NCBI RefSeq assembly: GCF_018977255.1
Contig: NW_024704743.1
Span: 5,148,001 to 5,212,000, forward strand
Length of the DNA: 64,000 bases
Source of the DNA: Callorhinchus milii
Taxonomy: Eukaryota
Direction: 5' to 3'
A model generated the notes under the pieces. It ran no database searches. It was given only the letters and a program-made list of their open reading frames with translations, and had not been told where the DNA came from. Within the stretch, counting starts at the first letter, position 1. Every line of letters starts with the position of its first letter. The position numbers were made by a program, and so were the translations under genes. Below, piece after piece: positions 37,401 to 48,830 of this stretch.

Positions 37401-40400
37401 TTCCTGGCCCAGCTCCAGAGTGCGCAGGAAGCCGCTCGGGTAAGAGACAGTCCATGGATCCCCCCAGTCCAACACTGATTCCTGCTTATAATGTTACAGC
37501 TTCATTTTCCAAACGGTATTAACGGGCTCCAGGAGAATAATAATAATAATAATCCTTGCGTTTGATACAGCGCCTTATCTCGTCTTCGCGACGTCTCAAA
37601 GCCCTTCACAAAATATACTGTGAAGTGTAGTGACTGTATATTTTGTGGGCGAAACTCGGCAGCCAGTTGCTGTTTGTGTCCCACAATTGTAAGGTCTTTC
37701 AGTGGCAGGTACAACTACGCCAACAACTACGGTTTACATTTACACACGCCTTTCACGTCAGACATATCTCGAAGCGCTTGACAGTTGTGGCTGAACACTG
37801 GAGCAGAGGGTGGGAGCTGAGTTGGGTGAGTAGGGGAAAGATGTCCGAAACGCGGTCGAAGAGGTACGTTTTGAGGTGTACCTTTAAAGTGGGGAGGGAG
37901 GGATCCAGTCTGAGGTACCTGGAAATGGAATACCAGTGGGCTGATGTTGGGGTGGGTGTGGAGCAGGGAAGGTGGGAGTGTCAGCCAAGCAGAGGGAGCG
38001 GGTGGGTTGGTAAGGGTGAAGGAGGTCGCAGAGGTAGGATAGAGCGAGACCTTTGAGGGATTTAAAGGCAAGGATGAGGATCTTGAAACTAGATCCACTG
38101 GGGATGGCGAGCCAATGGAGCCGGGCGAGGATGAGGAGTCTAGTGTGGGATAGGACATGAAGTAGGGAGTTTTGGATGGCTTGCAACTTGTAAAAAGGGA
38201 AGAGCTGGAGGGGCCGGCGAGCAGAGTATTGGCCTAATCGAACCTGGATGTGATAAAGGTATGGGTGAGGGTCTCGGCGGTCTGAGTGGAGTGGTATGGT
38301 GGAGACACAATAATTCAGAGTTGGGATGGAAAGCTGAGTCAGTGAAGAGTCCCAGGAATGAAGGGGCGGCTGAACTGGATTGGTTACTGCCCTCTGCTCA
38401 GAAGATGTGCACGTTCCCCCCCACCCTGCACTTCACCTCCTCGCCTCCCCCACCCCACACATTTCCATTTAGTATGAGTGTAAGGTACCCCTTGCTGTCT
38501 GACTCTCTGTCTTATTGCTGTGCAGGTGGCAGACGTGTACTCCTTAGTCTATCAGACGATGACCCAGCCGCCAGTGAAAGACTACGTGCCCTTTTCTTGG
38601 ACGACCATGGTGCAGGTTAAGTCCGAGTACTTCAAAGCTCTCTCCCACTACTTTGCAGCAATTGCGCTCTGCGACCATATAAGTGAGTACTGTACCGTGT
38701 TGAGATTGCATGCAGGGCTCCAGTGTGATTGACAAATGCTCATAACATATTGCATAATTAAAGCAAAAATCTATCCATGTGCTTTCCCCACCTCCTACTA
38801 TCAATAACAAAAATAGAGATAGGCTGCTAAAATAATACAATTTATATTTATACTATGCTTTCATGTCAGAAGGCAGGTGGACATAGCTATCGCAAAACTA
38901 ATGGAATCTTAGGGTTTATAAATGGGCTATAGAATATAAATGCAAAGAGATGATGCTATACTTGTATCAATCCTTAGTTTAGACCACAGTTAGAATATTG
39001 TGTCCAGTCTGGTGCCTTTACCTGCAAACATCCTGCTGTGAGACACAGGGAGAGGAGAGGGAGGGAAATAGAAACTCATTTTACGTAGGAATCCTATAGC
39101 TTAGTGGTTAGAGGACTCGCCTCGTAAACATGAGGACCTGAGTTTGATTCCTGGGTTGGGCAAGTTTCCACAGTCAATGCATTTTAGAGTGTATCCTGTG
39201 AAGCGCTTTTAGACGTCTCGAAAACGTGATAAAGCGCTATATCAAATACAAGGGTTACTATTATTATTTTTTGCCTCTTTGTCTTTAGTGGGAGCTGAGG
39301 ACGATGAAAGTGAACACGAGAAGGGGCTTCAGCAGCTACATGTCAGCGCTCCACAGGGACCCTCACTGCTGGCCATCCTGAGGGACCAGGAGGAACGGCG
39401 CAAGCTGGGTACTAAACCCTATAAAGTGCAGTGACTTTATGTTTCAGAGGCGATGGTTGCGGCCAATTTGGGCAACATTCACAAACAGCCAAGTAGCAGA
39501 TTCTGTGAGAAACGGGAGGTGTCAGAGCCTCTAGTCTCAGTCTGGCTTTCTGTGAAGCGCTTTGAGATGTCTCGACAACGTAATAAGGCGCTATATCAAA
39601 TGTAAGGATTATTATTATTTTTCGGCTAGGTTCGCCCACACAGACGGTCACTGCACTTACAGTAAATTATATGAAGCTCTTTGGACATCCTCCTGACCTG
39701 AAAGATGCTGTCCCGAAAGTCAAAATTATTGTAATAAATACTGGCTAGTGCAACTTTACTGTTTTTCTTTGTCAGCCTTCTTTGACATGTGTAGAAACCC
39801 ATTAATCCGCTTAAGAATATCCAAACTAAGCTCTTGAGTTCCCTGGAGGGAACATCCTGCTTCCGGAGAGAATTAGGCCAGGTTGGCAAGAGACCCCAGA
39901 GTGTACGTTGGGGTAACTGCTGGAGTCTGACCAGCTAAAACCGCATAGCTTGCCATTGAGACCCCTGGTCTGGCAAGCTTACCGCTGTTTGTCCAGCTAG
40001 GACCACGCTAAATTTAGGGCTATTTTATCTGCAGGAGGCTGAGAATCTGAAGCTCCCGCCGTCGTGGCCTCTCTTCACAGATGTTCTTTTCTGTCTCTCC
40101 TTAGGGAAGGCTCACTTGAAGAAAGCCATCATTAAGCACGAGGAGGCTCTGCGGATGCACGGGCTGTGCAAGATCCTGAGGAAGATGGATGTTCTGCAGG
40201 AGGTGCTAGCCTTGGCCCACAAGCGCTCACTCAACAAGTACTCACACATCGACCATGAGGAGGACTTCTTCGACACCATCGAAGCTCCAGAAATTCACCG
40301 TTAGTTTGTTTTTCCATCCCTTTCCCCCCACCTTGTGTGTGTGTGTGTGGAAGAGAGAACTGTGCGGAAAAACATTGTCTGTAAAGAAGGGATTTGGCCC

Positions 40401-43400
40401 ATTATGTCTGTGTGACTGTTACCCAGGGGTTTTGTAGCATGGCTTACTGTAGCTAGTGATAGAGCACTCGCCTCGCCAGCGAGTGAGCCCGGGTTCCATT
40501 TCCGGGCAGGGCGAAACCTTAGGCAAGTTTCCGTACTCCACACACCTCTGTTTACCGAGCAGTAAGCAGGAACCTGATTGTTAGTCGATTGGAGGATCCC
40601 TTTCCGGGGGTAATTATCCCTTCAAAAATTAAAAAAAAAACTAAGATAGTAATTTGGTCACTCAATCCACGACTGTTTGTGGGACACTGCTGTGCAGAAT
40701 TGGCTGCGTGTTTCGCCCACATTATATACAGTCAATTCATTTTACGGTATATTCTGTTGAAGTGCTTTGTGACGTCTTGAAGACGTGATAAGGCGCTATA
40801 TCAAAAATGTGAGGATTATATATTATAACGTCGCTCACTTCCCATATCCCCTTCCTGGTATTCCTGTTCGGGTGTTAGTCACTTTGGAATAGTTGCCTGA
40901 ATTCAGCCACTGGTGACAGTGAGATTCAAATCCAGACAGCCTTACAGGTCTGCTCACTTCAGACATCAATGTGTCTGTGGCAGTTGATCCCAGATTAGGG
41001 CTTTTGGCTGACGGTTAGCATCATATTGCAATTTTACTATAAAAAGGAACTGATGTCCCACAAAATGTCAGTCAAATGCCCTTGATCAATATATCAGGGA
41101 TATCCAATGCATCACTAAAGTTACCCTGTTGACTCTTAATACAGAATATGGGGAGCCATGCCATGCCACGGACATCCCCACGATCCAGACAGTCAGTTAA
41201 TGTCACTCTTTCTTCACAGCAAAAACACAACAGAAGCCAGAAATTAAAACTCCAAACTTCTGCAAGGTGAAAGTCACAGATATCTTCCACCGATTGGTAA
41301 GTGCAAACAGTGTATGGTCTAGTAAAAGGATGGCATTTGAAGTTGTCTTCACATACCTACGCTTTTTGTTCATGTAATCTGTAATATTTTGCACAGAGCG
41401 TCACATTAGATAACTGGCTCAAAAGGCTTCACAAAGCGTTTTGTGCACACTGCCACATTGGTTTACCTGAAAGACACTGTATCAATGTTAGTATGACAAC
41501 AACAGCTTTCACACAGTTCAATGAAGCTGTTTTCAGAGATGGGGTGGGAGATGGGAAATGACCAAAGAAACATTCAGAAGTAGGGTTTTTAGAAGCGTTG
41601 GAAAGTAGAGAGGAAGGTGCATTCTGTTAGGGTCAATGTGGTGGTTAGGAATTCAGAACAGCCCCAATGAGGATATGAAAATGTCTGTAAATCATGTCAT
41701 TGGAGTAATAATCCTTAATTTGGTACAGCGTTTTTTACACTGGGAGGACATCTTGAAATACTTCACATGTACTACTGTACAGTGGAGTGACTGTGTTTTG
41801 TGGGCGATTGTGTCAGTGCTACAGAGAGCTGCAGGTTAATGTGCTCACGCTCCACTCAATTAAAGATTGTTTGAAATTGTAGGCAAATCACTGCACTGGA
41901 CACCTTTTGCCACCTGAGCTCCCAGGTTTTATACTGTACTGGCATGTGTCAAATGCAAGGATTATTATTATTATTATGTGGAGTGCTGCAGCTTAGTGCT
42001 TGGAGCACTCACCTTGCAAGTGAGAGGACCTGGGTTCAATTCCTGGGCAGGACAAAACGTTAGGTCATTTTCCTTACCCACACGCCTCTGTAGTTATGAA
42101 CTCGGTTGTTAGTTGATTGGCGGATCACTTTCTGGGGGTAACAATCCTTTCAAAAAATTTTGCTTTAATAATAATAATTTTGTCACTCAATCGAATCTGC
42201 TGCGTTTCACCCACAAAATATATAGTCAATTCACTTTATAGTATATTCTGTGAAGTGCTTGAGATGTCTAGAAGACGTGGTAAGGCACTGAATCAAATGT
42301 AAGGATTATTATTATTATTATTTTCAACATTTTTGGGGTGTGGATCTTCACAGGCATTAAATGATAAATTATTGTTGTTATTAAAAAAAAATCTGGACCT
42401 CGCCTAGGTCTCAGTCAGGCATTTCTGTTACCTGCTGCTCGAGAGGAATCATCCGTTTTCTTTTTTAACCTCACTCCCCAGGGACCATTGGCCGTTTTCT
42501 CTGCCAAGAACCACTGCAGCCCGGCCAGGACCGTCCACCTGGAGAGGAGTGAGTGGGGGTTCGGCTTCACGCTGCGCGGAGATTCTCCCGTGCTGATTGC
42601 TGGAGTCATTCCCGAGGGATGTGCAGATGTACGTATGTTTAGATGGGAAATCTGAAATATCAGAGTGAGAGGGCTGCTGGGATCAGGAACACAAGGAGCA
42701 GTTATAGACAATGCCCTTGAGAAGGGCTCGCTTTTGCACATTTTATTTTGGGACACTCCTCATTAGGCAGCTCTGTTCTTCACTGTGTCTGCTGCTGGAG
42801 CTTCACCCAATGGTGTCTGTGCCTGGTGCTCGTTTCCCATCATGTCTGTGCTGTTGCTCACTCCCCCATTGGAATTCTCTACTCTAATCCCATTCCCTGC
42901 ACGCTCCTCATCATGTCTGTGCTGGTTGTCGCTCCCCCACTGGAGCTCTCTTCTCTAGTCCCATTTCCTGCTCTCACCCCATCATGTCTCTGCTCACCCA
43001 ATGCAACACTGCAGTCACATCCCATCATGTCTGTGCTGGTGCTCGGTCCCCCATTGCAGCTTTTCACTGTAATCCCCCTGCTCTTTCCTTGTGCTCGTTC
43101 AGAATTTTGCTTCTGTATGCATTCAGTTCCCTTTTGACTTGTGTTAGGCTGGCCAGTGTGTAACATTCCTGCAGTGGAGAAGTACTGGTGCTGGTGGCAA
43201 CAACAACAACAAAATTACATTTATAGAGTGCCTTTCACGTTGGGAGGATGTCCCAGAGCGCTGTACAATCAGGTGTCGGGGCCCGAGCATGGGGGAGGGG
43301 TGGTGTAGGGGTGAGGGAAGGCAGAGAGGTGGAAGGGAGACCAAAGGCACGGTCGAAGAAGGATCTTGAGACCGGCCTTGAAGGAGGTGAGGGAGGAAGC

Positions 43401-45217
43401 GAGGCGAAGGGACCGTGGGATGGAGTTCTAGAGTGTGGGCAGAGAGGCTGAAAGTCCGGCCACCGATGGTAGGTCGGGCGGGAGACATGGAGCAGGCCAG
43501 AGCCCGATGAACGGAGGGAGCGGGCAGGTTGGTAGGGAGTCAGCAGGTCAGAGAGGTAGGAGGGGGCAAGGCCATGAATGGCCTTAAAGATGAGGCCGAG
43601 GATCTTGAACTCGATCCTCTGGGGGATGGGGAGCCAGTGGAGTCGGGCGAGGGTGGGAGTGATGGGGTCACGGAGCCTGGTGCGTGAGAGTATACGAGCG
43701 GCAGAGTTTTGGATGATCTGCAGCTTGTGAAGCGAAGAATTGGGAAGGCCAATGAGGAGGGAGTTCCCATAATCGAGCCTTGATGTGGCACAGCAGGAAT
43801 TGGGTACGACGTTGTTTGGATGTTTGCCTGTTTGTGCTGAGGCTGCTGAAGGAGGCATTTTATTAATCGGTGTTTGTGTTGGTGGGAGATGGAGGTTGCT
43901 CAGGCTGGCATGTGTTTTAACATTGGTAGGAAGCAGGTCTGAAGGAAGGTGACTACATTGTGACAGTGAACGGGACGGACTGCCGGTGGGCCAAGCACGC
44001 TGAGGTGGTGCAGCTCCTGAAGAGTCTCAGCACTGAGGGGGTCAGCGTGTCTGTGATCACCCCGAACATCTCCGAGCAACACAGCGTGGTGAGCTTTCAC
44101 TCTCCACAACATCGGCTTAACATTCTAACATCTCGCGGATTTACTTACGAACAGGAGGAGGCCATTCAGCCCCTCGAACCTGTTCCGCTATTCTATTAGA
44201 TCACTACTGATCTGTACCTCAACTCCAATTTCCTGCCTTTGGCCCATATCTCTTAATACCCTGACCTAACAAATATCTAATCCACCTCAGTTTTGAAACT
44301 GTGAATGGATCCAGCATTCACAGTCTTTTGTGGGAGAGCGTTCCAGATTTCCACTACCCTTTGTGTGTTTCCTAGTTTCACTCCTAAATGGCTTAGCTCT
44401 AATTGTAAGATGATGCGAAATTGGAAAATTCTTAACTCAGTGTTAAGTTGGCAGCTGCTTTTCTTTTTAAGAACTGTGGAAAATGTGACGTCCACATTAA
44501 TATTGCATTTAATGATTTTCCCAAAATCCTGCATGACCTTAAAGCAGTGATTGTGAAAGAGGAGGTGTGCAAATGGTTTACACAACTAGATTATTATATC
44601 TGTGGTCTCAACGTGGCTCAGTGGTATCGTTCTCACCTCAGAGCTGGAAGGTTGTAGATTCAAGCCCCACATCAGGGACTTTGAGCTCACAGTCCAGGTT
44701 GACACTCCCAACACTACCATGTGAGTTGCTGTCCTTCAGATGAGGCGTTAAACCAAGCTCCTGTCCCTGCCTGTTCAGGTAGATGTTAACAATCACATGG
44801 TCCTAGTGGAAAAGAGAAGAGAGTTTCCTGGTTTCCTGCTCGACAATCCCCCAGATAAAATTCGTCACTTGCTCCAAGGCTGTTTGTGGGACACTGCTCT
44901 GGTGCAAATTGTCTGTTGCGTTCGCCCACAAGATCATTGGACTTTACAGCAAATCCTGTGAAGCACTTTGAAACATCTCCACGAGATAATATTTACCCCC
45001 AATGACATGTGGCTTGTCTCCACAGCAGGCCGAACGGAAATCCCTGCTGGGCCCCACGTCCTCAGCCGGCGACAAGGAGAACAGCAGGAAAATGACGGAC
45101 AACAGCAGAAGCTCAGGCTCGCTACTTACCTGGAACAAAAGGAAAACCACCAGCAAAGGCGGCAGCACGTGTAGCCTGCCCTTCATTGCTGTCAGAGACA
45201 ACGGATCCTTCTACTGA
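25293..45217 (+). CDS. RHPN1: Rhophilin-1 (HR1-BRO1-PDZ), exons 2-15: join(25293-25408,26568-26696,30953-31028,31264-31341,34788-34912,35729-35895,37252-37439,38526-38682,39289-39408,40105-40299,41220-41296,42482-42628,43930-44088,45026-45217); first coding exon not identified
   Basis: 1926 nt, open throughout, all GT-AG. HR1 motif [36 protein letters not shown]1 motifs [40 protein letters not shown] motif [12 protein letters not shown]. Linkage to ZC3H3 supports RHPN1 over RHPN2. Confidence 0.93.
25630..26190 (+). mobile_element. CR1 LINE 3' fragments
   Basis: ttagagcagagaaggttgaggggagatttgatagag..tggaatgcactgcctgaaagggtgg. Confidence 0.8.
26568..26696 (+). CDS. RHPN1: RHPN1 exon 3 ([42 protein letters not shown])
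   Basis: ctgcag/GTGAGT, 129 nt. Confidence 0.95.
26905..27400 (+). mobile_element. CR1 LINE 3' fragment
   Basis: [38 protein letters not shown]; 3' UTR gggccaaatggcctccttctgtgctgtaa..ttctatgattcta. Confidence 0.9.
29191..29557 (-). mobile_element. tRNA(Ala)-derived SINE
   Basis: (AAT)n-ccttgcattt start and caggactcc end on the + strand. Confidence 0.85.
30448..30808 (+). mobile_element. tRNA(Ala)-derived SINE
   Basis: Same family; B box GGTTCGATTTCC. Confidence 0.85.
30953..31028 (+). CDS. RHPN1: RHPN1 exon 4 ([25 protein letters not shown])
   Basis: ttgcag/GTGGGT, 76 nt; start of BRO1. Confidence 0.95.
31264..31341 (+). CDS. RHPN1: RHPN1 exon 5 ([26 protein letters not shown])
   Basis: ggcag/GTAGGT, 78 nt. 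Confidence 0.95.
31350..32470 (-). mobile_element. L2 fragment interrupted by a CR1 3' end (31710-31980)
   Basis: (AAC)n tail at 31351; L2 body; CR1 UTR aggccattcggcccttc nested inside. Confidence 0.7.
34431..34762 (+). mobile_element. tRNA(Ala)-derived SINE
   Basis: Same family; tail ends ~25 nt before the RHPN1 exon 6 acceptor. Confidence 0.85.
34788..34912 (+). CDS. RHPN1: RHPN1 exon 6 ([42 protein letters not shown])
   Basis: ttacag/GTATAT, 125 nt. Confidence 0.95.
35160..35420. repeat. ~29-bp G-rich minisatellite (GTGACGGGCTGCGGGGGAGGTGTGTGCGT)
   Basis: Direct inspection. Confidence 0.85.
35729..35895 (+). CDS. RHPN1: RHPN1 exon 7 ([31 protein letters not shown]...AFQKAA)
   Basis: ggcag/GTAAAT, 167 nt. 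Confidence 0.95.
37252..37439 (+). CDS. RHPN1: RHPN1 exon 8 ([19 protein letters not shown]...AQEAAR)
   Basis: cctag/GTAAGA, 188 nt. Confidence 0.95.
37710..38300 (-). mobile_element. L2-clade LINE 3' fragment
   Basis: [29 protein letters not shown]. Confidence 0.85.
38526..38682 (+). CDS. RHPN1: RHPN1 exon 9 ([25 protein letters not shown]...ALCDHI)
   Basis: tgcag/GTGAGT, 157 nt. Confidence 0.95.
39289..39408 (+). CDS. RHPN1: RHPN1 exon 10 ([13 protein letters not shown]...QEERRKL)
   Basis: ctttag/GTACTA, 120 nt. Confidence 0.92.
40105..40299 (+). CDS. RHPN1: RHPN1 exon 11 ([17 protein letters not shown]...IEAPEIH)
   Basis: ccttag/GTTAGT, 195 nt. Confidence 0.95.
40430..40826 (+). mobile_element. 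tRNA(Ala)-derived SINE
   Basis: Same family. Confidence 0.85.
41220..41296 (+). CDS. RHPN1: RHPN1 exon 12 ([26 protein letters not shown])
   Basis: cacag/GTAAGT, 77 nt. Confidence 0.95.
41979..42321 (+). mobile_element. tRNA(Ala)-derived SINE
   Basis: Same family. Confidence 0.85.
42482..42628 (+). CDS. RHPN1: RHPN1 exon 13 ([10 protein letters not shown]...[24 protein letters not shown]), PDZ
   Basis: cccag/GTACGT, 147 nt. Confidence 0.95.
42780..43090. repeat. Degenerate tandem repeat, ~60-70-bp units (catcatgtctgtgctgg..ctccccca)
   Basis: Recurring catcatgtctgtgct at ~42838, 42909, 43023 and a variant at ~42980. Confidence 0.7.
43200..43795 (-). mobile_element. L2-clade LINE 3' fragment, relatively young
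   Basis: [64 protein letters not shown]; (TTG)n tail. Confidence 0.9.
43930..44088 (+). CDS. RHPN1: RHPN1 exon 14 ([31 protein letters not shown]...), PDZ
   Basis: ggtag/GTGAGC, 159 nt. Confidence 0.93.
44600..44985 (+). mobile_element. Older DeuSINE/SacSINE1-like element (related pieces at 7760-8020, 24470-24700(-), 45770-46010)
   Basis: gtggctcagtggta head; core gtccttcagatgaggcgttaaacc..cctgttcaggtagatgttaa..; tail gctgtttgtgggacactgc. Confidence 0.65.
45026..45217 (+). CDS. RHPN1: RHPN1 last coding exon ([10 protein letters not shown]...RDNGSFY*)
   Basis: cacagcag tandem acceptor, open in phase 0 to TGA at 45215-45217. Confidence 0.8.
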   Translation, partial: QAERKSLLGPTSSAGDKENSRKMTDNSRSSGSLLTWNKRKTTSKGGSTCSLPFIAVRDNGSFY

Positions 45218-47639
45218 GAAACCGGTCAGCGCTGCCCGTGTCGGGCAGTGTCACTGTCAATCGCACATCCGCAAGGGCTGCAGGCTGCCCGCACCACTCA
45301 CCCTGGGGCTGCCGAGGGCTGGTCCTTTCCTCCACACTGAATCTGGCACGGCCATCCTTCTCTTGTGTCGTCGTTTTCTGCCCCAGAGAATCACAGGAAT
45401 GTCAGCGTGCACTGGACTTCCTGCTGCCAGTGCTGGGCCAGCAATCCGCTCCAATCTCATTTTCCTTCCATTCAATTGAAACAGCCCGACAATCCCACCA
45501 GAAAACAAACTGGAGCAAATGTGGCCTCTATAAACATCCCGTTTCAAACCTGCTGGCTCAGATAGATAGACCGTCAGATAGATAGTCACTCGGGTAGACT
45601 GAATGACACGATCCTTCAACTGGATTACACACAGTCTTGGGCCAGAAATTCCACCGAGTCCCAGCTGTAAGATCATTTTGTCTTCAAGTTTAACATGGTG
45701 CAGGATTGTGGAAAATGTCTTAAATTTAGTCTGAACTTAGCGTGGTTGTGTGTCAACCCGGCTCAGTGTGTGGCCGTCTGGCTCAGTTGGTAGCACTCTT
45801 GCCTCTTGAGTCAGATGGTTGAGGGACTTGGAATTCACAGATGACTCTCCAATGCAGTGCTGGGTGAGGTGTTACATTGTTGGAGCCGCCATCCTTTAAA
45901 TGAGACATTAAACCGTCTGTTCAGATGCACATTAAAAATTCCATAACACTATTGGAAAAGAAAAGGGAGATTCTCTCCCAGTGTCTTGGCCAACAATCCC
46001 TAGATACAATTGATCATTCACTTTATGCGACTCTAACACCCCCATCCTCGCCGGGCTCCACTGGTTCCCCATCACTCAGGATACAGGTCAAGATCCTGGT
46101 CCTCACCTTCAAAGATCTCCAACGGCATTGCTCCCTCCTACCTCTGTGACCTCCTAACACTCCACCAATCTGTCCCCTTTCTCCGCTCAGCGGGCTCTGG
46201 CCTGCTTCACATCCCCCGCCTTACCCGCCCCACCATTGGTGGACGGGCCTTCAGCCACTCTGCCCCCACCCTCTGGAACTCCATCCCCCAGTCCCTCTGC
46301 TTCTTTGCCTCCTTCAAGACCTGTCTCAAGACCCTCCTCTTCGACCGTACCTTTGGTAATCCTCATCCCAACCACCAGTTCGGGTGTGGATCCCTAACTG
46401 TCCATCATTTTGGGACGACCTCCTGACACCAAGGGAGCTATCCGAATGTAACTTGTTGTTGTTTATGGCTGTTTGTGGGACATTGCTTTGTGCAAATGGG
46501 TTTGCCTACAAATACATTGCATTTTACAGTATGTCCTATGAAGCGCTTTGAAATGTCCTGATGTGAACGGCGCTGGATCAAAGTGTTCCTAAGTGCTTTG
46601 TTGCAGATCATTTCAGTGATCCAATGCCAGTCTAAACCCTGAGCCTTCCTTCACCCCCTTTCCTGCTACAATCAGCGCTGAGTGTGGGCAGTCATATTCC
46701 GATTGACTTTATCCCCTTCTCTGACCTTCCCCATCCTGACAGTTGTTGGTTTGGTTCAGGAGTGTCCAACCTTTTAACTGCCGATGGCTGTTTTCTGTTT
46801 TTGAGAAAGGTCTGCGGGCCGCATAAGCAAAATTTTGTTTCCTTTCCAGAAACAACATAATTTACACAGCAGCTTTTTCACTTCATAGGACGTCTCAAAG
46901 CTCTCGACACTCCTGGATGGGCACCTGAGCTCGGGATGGGAGCAGGGATGCAAGGGAAAAAGATGACAGAAAGTGCAGTCAAAGAATTAGGTCTTGATGT
47001 GCCTTGAAAGAGGGGAGGGAGAGAGCGAGTTTGAGACACTCCAGGAATGGAACTGCAGACAGAGGGGGTAAAATGGCGATGGTGGGGCAGGAGACATGAA
47101 GCAAGGTGATGATTACTGGGCAAAGGGAACGGCCAGGTTGGGAGGTGGCAAAGGTAGGATGGGGACGGGAGGGAGGGAAATGAAGGAAATAGAGGAGTTT
47201 CTCACTGGGGAAAGGGGGAGATTTCTGTGAGGAAAATGCATGGCACGGCGCTTGGTGTCTGGTTTGGCAGATCTAATCTCATCCTTCCAGAATGCGCACC
47301 CTACTGACCCCCGGCTCAGCTTTGAGCTGCTTTTTAATGAGTCCCAGGATCCTGACCTCAACTCCCCTTCAGTCTATTAGTACTTTAAGTGCTGTTTGAG
47401 TCCTTGGGGTCCCTCACAGTTACTTGCTGTATAATGGCTGCTAGTGGCAGAGGGAGAGTGGGGGTGAAGTTGTTAGAGGGAGTGTGTGTGAGATATTGCT
47501 CATACATTTTATTTTATTGATGAACAAACTCAGTAAAAACAGTCAATGCTGAACCCAATCAGAAATTTTCAGCCTAAAGCAGGTCATTTGTGACTGAATA
47601 TAAGAAATCTTAGACACAAAAAGACCAAGGTCCATGTAG

Positions 47640-48830
47640 TTCGCCTTCTACCTTCCTGGTGGTCGCATGCACATATATCCCAAGCTATCTATGTATTATA
47701 TCCCACAATGTTATTTCCTAAAAGAAAACTATCTGATCTGTGTTTGAAAGAATCAACACTTCCTGCTTCAACTGTCTCCCTTGGTAGCCTGTTCCATAGG
47801 TTCACTCTTCACTCACTGAAATAGTATGTGGGTAGATTTTTCTGAGTTTTTCAATTGCAGCCCGTGTCCTCTGGTTTTACTATTCTGGACAAGTTGAAAC
47901 AGCCTGTCATGATCTTTATTGTCTTGCCCCTTTAGAATCTTAAAAACGGATATCATGTCGTCTCTCAATCTTTTCTTTTCTAGCCCAATTTACTTTAGTC
48001 GCTCCTCATAGTCCAGTTCCTCCATTCCCTCAGTCATTTTGGTTGCCCTCCTCTGTATCTTCTTGATTTTTCCAATATACCTTTTGTACTGCAGCGACCA
48101 GAACTGTATACAGTACTCTTAAGTATGGTCTCACCACTGATTTATACAGTGGCAGGATTACCCCACTATTTTGGCTTGCTGTTGATCTTTTGATACATCC
48201 CAACATCTGGTTTGCTTTACTCACTGCCACAGAACATTGTTGGGAGAGCTTCGATTGATTGTCAATCAGGCTCCTCAGGTGCTTTTTATTTTCCATATAT
48301 AATAGTCCCTTCCAGGATTTCTGTCCCCATGTGCAGTACTTTATATTTCTCCACATTGAATTTCATCTGCGACCGATCTGGCCAATTCCTAAGTATGTTC
48401 AAATCCTCCTGTAACCTATCTTGTTCAGCTTTGCAATTTACCACCTTCATTAGCTTGGTGTCATCTGCAAACTTAGCCCCTGTGCTTGCGACTCCTAGTT
48501 CCAGATCATTTATAAAAAATATTAAACAGAGATCCCAAAACATACCCTTGTGGAACTCCACTGGTAAAATTTTCCCAGTCTGATGACATTCCCTGTAGCT
48601 CCATCCTCTGAGTTCTTCCGGACAACCAGTTGCATATCCATTGTAATATATCTCCACTGATTCCCGCTTTACTTTCAGTACCAGCTTCTCAAGAGGAACT
48701 GTATCAAAGACATTGCTGAATTCCAGATATACAACATCCACAGCCTTACCTTTATCAAGCTCCCTTGTCACACCGTCAAAGAAAACCAGTAAATTGGATT
48801 AGCAAGACCTCCCGTTCTCCCAATAGGGTC
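47640..48830 (-). mobile_element. CR1 LINE reverse-transcriptase fragment (decayed)
   Basis: LDKGKAVDVVYLEFSNVFDTVP, FINDL..KFADDTKL, MKFNVEKYKVLHMG, ILPLYKSVVRP. Confidence 0.9.

Noticed and set aside
48030..48771. Host gene on the minus strand
   Set aside because: Frameshifted CR1 reverse-transcriptase remnant.
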